A DNA stretch of 64,000 nt, from assembly GCA_965261595.1 (NCBI GenBank), contig CBDHDG010000004.1, forward strand, positions 96,001-160,000, given 5' to 3'. The notes under the pieces are model-generated. The model searched no databases. It was not told the DNA's origin and was given only the letters and a program-made list of their open reading frames with translations. This DNA comes from a bacterium (GTDB taxonomy: Bacteria > UBA8248 > JACPRG01 > G963555815). A program made the position numbers and the translations under genes. Positions 59,864 through 64,000 of the stretch are shown piece after piece. Position 1 is the stretch's first letter. Each line of letters begins with the position of its first letter.

Positions 59864-60886
59864 TCAGGGAATCAACACCGGCCGGCCGACATACTCCCCC
59901 TTTGCCATTCGTTCGAGGACCGACTCCGCCTCCTCCAGGGGATAGGTTTCCGAGTAGATCGGTTTGATCTTGCCGCTCTCGACCAGCCCGACCACGTCAC
60001 GCAGGTCCTGTTTCGAGCAGTTTCTCGATCCCATAACGGTCAGCTCGCGGCGCATGATGAGAAGCGGATCGGTCTCGAACGTCCGTCCCGTGTGGGACCC
60101 GATGATGGCCATGCGGCCCCGGATGGCCAGCGACCGGATGGTGTCGGCCAGCGTGGCCGTTCCGACCAGCTCGATGACCACATCGACGCCGCGGCCGTCC
60201 GTCCAGTCCAGAACGGCCTCCAGCAACGAGTCCGCCAGGGGGTCCACGGCCCTTTCGGCCCCCATTTCCAGGATTCCCGCGAGCTTTTCGCCGGAAACGT
60301 CCGCTCCCATCACCCGCCCGCCGGCGAGGCGGGCCAACTGAACGGCGTGCAGCCCGACGCCGCCGCCCGCGCCGGTGATCAGGACCGTTTCCCCGGGCCG
60401 GACGCCCGCCCGCTTCACGATCCCGTGGTAGGGGGTCCCGATAGCGTTGGCCAGAACGGACCCCGCCTCGAAGGAGATCGACTCGCCGATGCGGACGAGG
60501 TTCGCCGCGGGAGATTTCATCAACTCCGCGTACCCGCCGTCGAACTGCGCGCCGAGGTAGCCGTAAAAGTTCTCGCATACCGTCTCCGCGCCGCTTCGGC
60601 AGGGACGGCAGCGGCCGCACGTGAAATAAAGCGTGGACGCCACCCGGTCGCCCACTTCGAGGTCTCCGGCCCCGTCGCCCAGGGCGGCGATCTCGCCCGC
60701 GACTTCATGGCCCAGGATCAAGGGAAGCTTTGTCTCTTCGACGAGACCTTTGCGGATGGTGAGGTCGAACTGATCGACCGCGCACGCCCGGACCCGGACG
60801 ACCGCTTCTCCGTAACCCGGGTCCGGGTCGGGGACGTTCTCCGCTTTCAGATGACCCGAGAACTCATGAAGGACCATCGCACGCAT
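59864..60886 (-). CDS. Zinc-dependent alcohol dehydrogenase (MDR family)
   Basis: ILGHEVAG, CGRCRPC..G....C, GAGGGVG; start MRAMVL after GGAGG. Confidence 0.92.
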   Translation of the reverse strand: MRAMVLHEFSGHLKAENVPDPDPGYGEAVVRVRACAVDQFDLTIRKGLVEETKLPLILGHEVAGEIAALGDGAGDLEVGDRVASTLYFTCGRCRPCRSGAETVCENFYGYLGAQFDGGYAELMKSPAANLVRIGESISFEAGSVLANAIGTPYHGIVKRAGVRPGETVLITGAGGGVGLHAVQLARLAGGRVMGADVSGEKLAGILEMGAERAVDPLADSLLEAVLDWTDGRGVDVVIELVGTATLADTIRSLAIRGRMAIIGSHTGRTFETDPLLIMRRELTVMGSRNCSKQDLRDVVGLVESGKIKPIYSETYPLEEAESVLERMAKGEYVGRPVLIP

Positions 60887-61117
60887 TGGATGTTGCCTCC
60901 TTACGAAATCCAAGCAAGAAATCCGGCTGGAGGAATCGGACGATCAGCGCATGAAACGTCCTCGCGGCTTGGCCGGAAAATGTTTCGATGGGCGTCCACA
61001 CCCCTGGAAGGGTTTCTCGATGATGTTGTCCCCCCCTCTTCCCCCCCAATATGACCTTTGTGGAAATCCGGCACAAGCGCGAGGTTTTCCGGGCGATTGG
61101 GGTTCCCGGAACGGACC

Positions 61118-61146
61118 TTGACTTCATACACGGTGTTTGTTATCTT
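61118..61146 (+). promoter_or_regulatory. Putative sigma70 promoter for the coxM-like operon
   Basis: TTGACT-N17-TATCTT with a TG extension. Confidence 0.5.
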
Positions 61147-61276
61147 TAATTTCCGGCTTCGGCGAAAAAAGTGGTCCTGTTCGTCCCTGCCGATTTGCGT
61201 TTATTTCCACATTGTTTCATGACCACCATGGTGGAGGTCATGAGCCGCGTTTCCTTGATGAAGAGCGGATTGAGCG

Positions 61277-62140
61277 ATGAAGAATTTTGATTACACGGCG
61301 CCTCGGAGCTTGGAGGAGGCGTTGGAGGTGATGAAGGACGCTGGAGAGGGCTGGCACGTTCTTTCCGGCGGCACGAACCTGGTGGTGGAGATACGGGACC
61401 GGAAGAAGCTTCCGGAAGTGGTGGTGGACGTGAGTTACATCGACTCCCTTCGCTACATTCGCGAGGAGGGGGGCAAGATCAAGCTGGGCGCACGTGCGAG
61501 CGTCGAGGACCTGCTCCGCTCGGACTTGATCGGTGAGAAGGCGGGGCTTCTTCGTGAGTGTGCGTTGAGCTTTGCGGGTCCACCGATCCGGAACCGCGCG
61601 ACGGTTGCGGGGAACCTGATGGACGGCTCGCCTGCGGCGGATTGCATTCCGCCGCTTCAGGCGCTGGACGCGGTGGCGGTTCTTCAGAGCGCATCGGGTG
61701 AGCGCCGTGTGGCGGTGAACGAATTTGTGACGGGGGTGCGGCAGACGGTACGTCGTCCGGACGAGTTGTTGACGGAGATCGAGTTCGAGGGTTTGGGCTC
61801 GGGCTCGGGTTACGGGTACTACAAGCTTGGCCGCCGCAAGGCGATGGCGATCTCCGTGGTGAGCGCGGCGGTGGTTCTCCGGATGTCGAACGGGAGTTGC
61901 GAGGGCGCGGCGATATCTCTTGGTGCGGTGGCGCCGGTTCCGATACGGATATCTGCGGCGGAGGGATTGCTGACCGGTTCCGGTCCTCCGGAGGAATCGG
62001 TGATAGAGGAGTGCGGCCGTTTGGCGTCTGGAGCGGCGACGCCGATCGACGACATTCGGGCGTCGGCGGAGTACCGTACGCTGATGTGCGACGTGCTGAC
62101 GAAGCGTCTGATTCGCCGGGCCTCGGGCCAAGAGGCCTGA
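61277..62140 (+). CDS. Xanthine/CO dehydrogenase family FAD-binding (medium) subunit
   Basis: FDYTAPRSLEEA, LSGGTNL, IRNRATVAGNL..GSPAAD, PIDDIRASAEYR. Confidence 0.92.
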   Translation: MKNFDYTAPRSLEEALEVMKDAGEGWHVLSGGTNLVVEIRDRKKLPEVVVDVSYIDSLRYIREEGGKIKLGARASVEDLLRSDLIGEKAGLLRECALSFAGPPIRNRATVAGNLMDGSPAADCIPPLQALDAVAVLQSASGERRVAVNEFVTGVRQTVRRPDELLTEIEFEGLGSGSGYGYYKLGRRKAMAISVVSAAVVLRMSNGSCEGAAISLGAVAPVPIRISAAEGLLTGSGPPEESVIEECGRLASGAATPIDDIRASAEYRTLMCDVLTKRLIRRASGQEA

Positions 62141-62184
62141 CCCGCATTTTTTGTGCAAAGCGCCAGCCCGAAAGAAAAGGGATC

Positions 62185-62658
62185 ATGGACAAAGAGCGGA
62201 CGGTGAAATTCACGTTGAACGGCGAGGAGATGGAGCGTAGTTTTCCGACGAACCTGTCTCTTCTGAACGCGCTTCGTTACGAGCTGGGCGCGACGGAGGT
62301 GAAGAACGGTTGCGAGAAGGGGGACTGCGGGGCTTGCGTGGTGGTGGTGGACGGCCAGGCGGAGAACACGTGCTGCATGCTCGCGGTCCAGGCGGACGGG
62401 AAGGCCCTGCGCACGGTGAAGGGGATGGGGAGCGTGGATTCCCTTCATCCGCTTCAGGAGGCGTTCATCGAGTTGGGCGCGATCCAGTGCGGATTTTGCA
62501 CGCCCGGGATGCTTTGCGCGGCGGAGGCTTTTTTGGAGGAATACCCGAAGCCTACGCGCCAGGAGATCAAGGTGGGGATCTCGGGCAACCTGTGCCGGTG
62601 CACCGGATACGTGAAGATCATCGACGCCATCGAGGCCGTCGCGGAAGGAAAGTATTGA
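62185..62658 (+). CDS. Xanthine/CO dehydrogenase family [2Fe-2S] (small) subunit
   Basis: GCEKGDCGAC, QCGFCTPG, GNLCRCTGY. Confidence 0.95.
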   Translation: MDKERTVKFTLNGEEMERSFPTNLSLLNALRYELGATEVKNGCEKGDCGACVVVVDGQAENTCCMLAVQADGKALRTVKGMGSVDSLHPLQEAFIELGAIQCGFCTPGMLCAAEAFLEEYPKPTRQEIKVGISGNLCRCTGYVKIIDAIEAVAEGKY

Positions 62659-62858
62659 CGGCGGCGCCGTATAGAGATATGAAGATTTAATCGAACGCCC
62701 GCGCTTTTCAGCGACCGGGCGTTTGCTTCGTCAAGGGACGATCCGGGGCCATTCCGGCTGAGCGGGCCCGCAACGGGTTGTTCAATTCAAGCCCGGTCCG
62801 AAACGCGGCCGCCGCGGTGGCCGCGAAAGACCGCCATCATCAACGAGGATCCCCTCGA

Positions 62859-63746
62859 ATGTTCGACTCTATCGAGCACCTTCAGGAAGAGCTCCGAAAA
62901 CAAAACTACATCGCCGATCGGACGCTTGCGACGACGCTGTATCTTTCCACAGAGATGAAGAAGCCCATCTTTCTGGAGGGCGAGGCGGGCGTCGGGAAGA
63001 CCGACGTAGCCAAGGTGCTTGCCCAGATCACCGGCTCCAAGCTGATCCGGCTTCAGTGCTACGAAGGGCTGGACGTCAACACCTCTTTGTACGAATGGAA
63101 CTATGCCAAGCAGCTTCTTCGAATCAAGATGGAAGAGGGCGCGAAGGGCGCGCGCGAAGCCCTGGAAGAAACCATTTTCAGCCCGGAGTTTCTTATCGCC
63201 CGGCCGTTGTTGGAGGCCATCCAGGATGGCAATGAGAAGTCGCCGGTTCTGCTCATCGACGAGGTCGACCGAAGCGACGAGGAATTCGAGGCCTTCCTTC
63301 TCGAGGTCCTGGCGGATTTCCAGATCTCCATCCCCGAGATCGGAACCATCACCGCCAAGCACAAGCCGTACGTGATCCTCACCTCGAACCGGACGCGGGA
63401 CGTACACGACGCCCTGAAGCGGCGCTGCCTGTATCTGTGGATTGATTATCCGACCTTCGAGAAAGAGCTCGAGATCGTGACCGTCAAGATGCCGGGCATC
63501 GGAGAATCGTTGGCCCGGCAGATCTGCAACTTTATGCAGGGATTCCGCGAGGTTGATTTTTACAAGAAACCCGGCATCGCCGAAACCCTGGATTGGGCCA
63601 CCGCCCTGGTGACCCTGCATAGGAAGGACCTCGACAGCGACGCGGTCAACGACACCCTGGGTGCCATCTTCAAGTACCAGGAAGATGTGATCCGGGCGAA
63701 GGATGAGGCCGTTCCGATGCTCATGAGCCGGTACGCGGGAGAATAG
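62859..63746 (+). CDS. MoxR-type AAA+ ATPase, CoxD-like
   Basis: LEGEAGVGKT, IRLQCYEGLD, YEWNY, LLIDEVDRSDEEFEAFLLE, TSNRTR, LKRRC. Confidence 0.92.
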   Translation: MFDSIEHLQEELRKQNYIADRTLATTLYLSTEMKKPIFLEGEAGVGKTDVAKVLAQITGSKLIRLQCYEGLDVNTSLYEWNYAKQLLRIKMEEGAKGAREALEETIFSPEFLIARPLLEAIQDGNEKSPVLLIDEVDRSDEEFEAFLLEVLADFQISIPEIGTITAKHKPYVILTSNRTRDVHDALKRRCLYLWIDYPTFEKELEIVTVKMPGIGESLARQICNFMQGFREVDFYKKPGIAETLDWATALVTLHRKDLDSDAVNDTLGAIFKYQEDVIRAKDEAVPMLMSRYAGE

Positions 63747-63750
63747 CGCC

Positions 63751-64000
63751 GTGCTGGAAGGCCAGACGACCCCCGCAACCGACGAAAGACAGAAAACCCC
63801 GATCCCCCGGGGGGCAAGCCGCCGGGATTTTACGCAGGACATGCTCGGGTTCTGCCGGGCGTTGCGGGAGAAAAAGGTCAAGGTCACCACCGGGCGGATC
63901 CTCGACCTGTACAACAGCCTTCAGATCATCGACGTGACCCAGAAAGACGATTTCCGCACGGCCGCCCGCTCCAATCTGGTCTCGAACTACGATGAGCTGA
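63751..64000 (+). CDS. CoxE-like VWA protein (3' truncated by window edge)
   Basis: Open frame from GTG 63751 (FCRALREKKVKVTTGRILD...FRTAARSNLV), directly after the CoxD-like gene. Confidence 0.65.
   Translation, partial: MLEGQTTPATDERQKTPIPRGASRRDFTQDMLGFCRALREKKVKVTTGRILDLYNSLQIIDVTQKDDFRTAARSNLVSNYDEL

Noticed and set aside
61277..62658. Calling these genes a true aerobic CO dehydrogenase
   Set aside because: Substrate specificity is determined by the large subunit, which is absent from the window.
1..64000. tRNA, rRNA or CRISPR loci
   Set aside because: None recognised by eye. A tRNAscan/Infernal run would be needed to exclude small RNAs.

Overview
High-GC chromosomal window from a diderm bacterium (lptE, lpxC, lolA, lapA are present). 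The gene content is reminiscent of delta-proteobacteria-like lineages, but taxonomy cannot be fixed from this sequence. Two intact housekeeping blocks lie on the + strand: leuS-lptE-holA/rpsT-murJ-xerD-phoH-7TM/HD-ybeY-HIT-lapA-mutS-ntrY-[ntrX::lpxC]-purM-purN, and rhomboid-lolA-rseP-ispG-proS-rimP-nusA-infB-DUF503-rbfA-truB-rpsO-pnp. They alternate with two accessory blocks of mostly exported proteins (21.4-27.8 kb, minus strand; 43.1-50.6 kb, plus strand) that carry nearly all frameshifts and premature stops in the window. There are two near-identical 1404-bp IS3-family copies with 4-bp target duplications, one IS256-family element with an 8-bp duplication, a dif-like XerC/D site at 56602-56629, and a catabolic tail (BtpA, cyclase, M20 amidohydrolase, Zn-ADH, coxM/S/D/E-like). 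The most striking features are: (1) a single ORF fusing an NtrX-type response regulator (REC, degenerate AAA+, Fis HTH) to a complete LpxC, directly downstream of an NtrY-type kinase, suggesting two-component control of lipid A synthesis at the enzyme level; (2) an IS-interrupted exported protein that reconstructs to signal peptide + PASTA + PAAR-like motif + a T3SS needle/tip-like C-terminal helix; (3) a TPR-amidase / TPR / LPP20-like / FlgT-like / TPR-SpoIID / TPR-caspase operon. All family assignments are by motif recognition, not database search.
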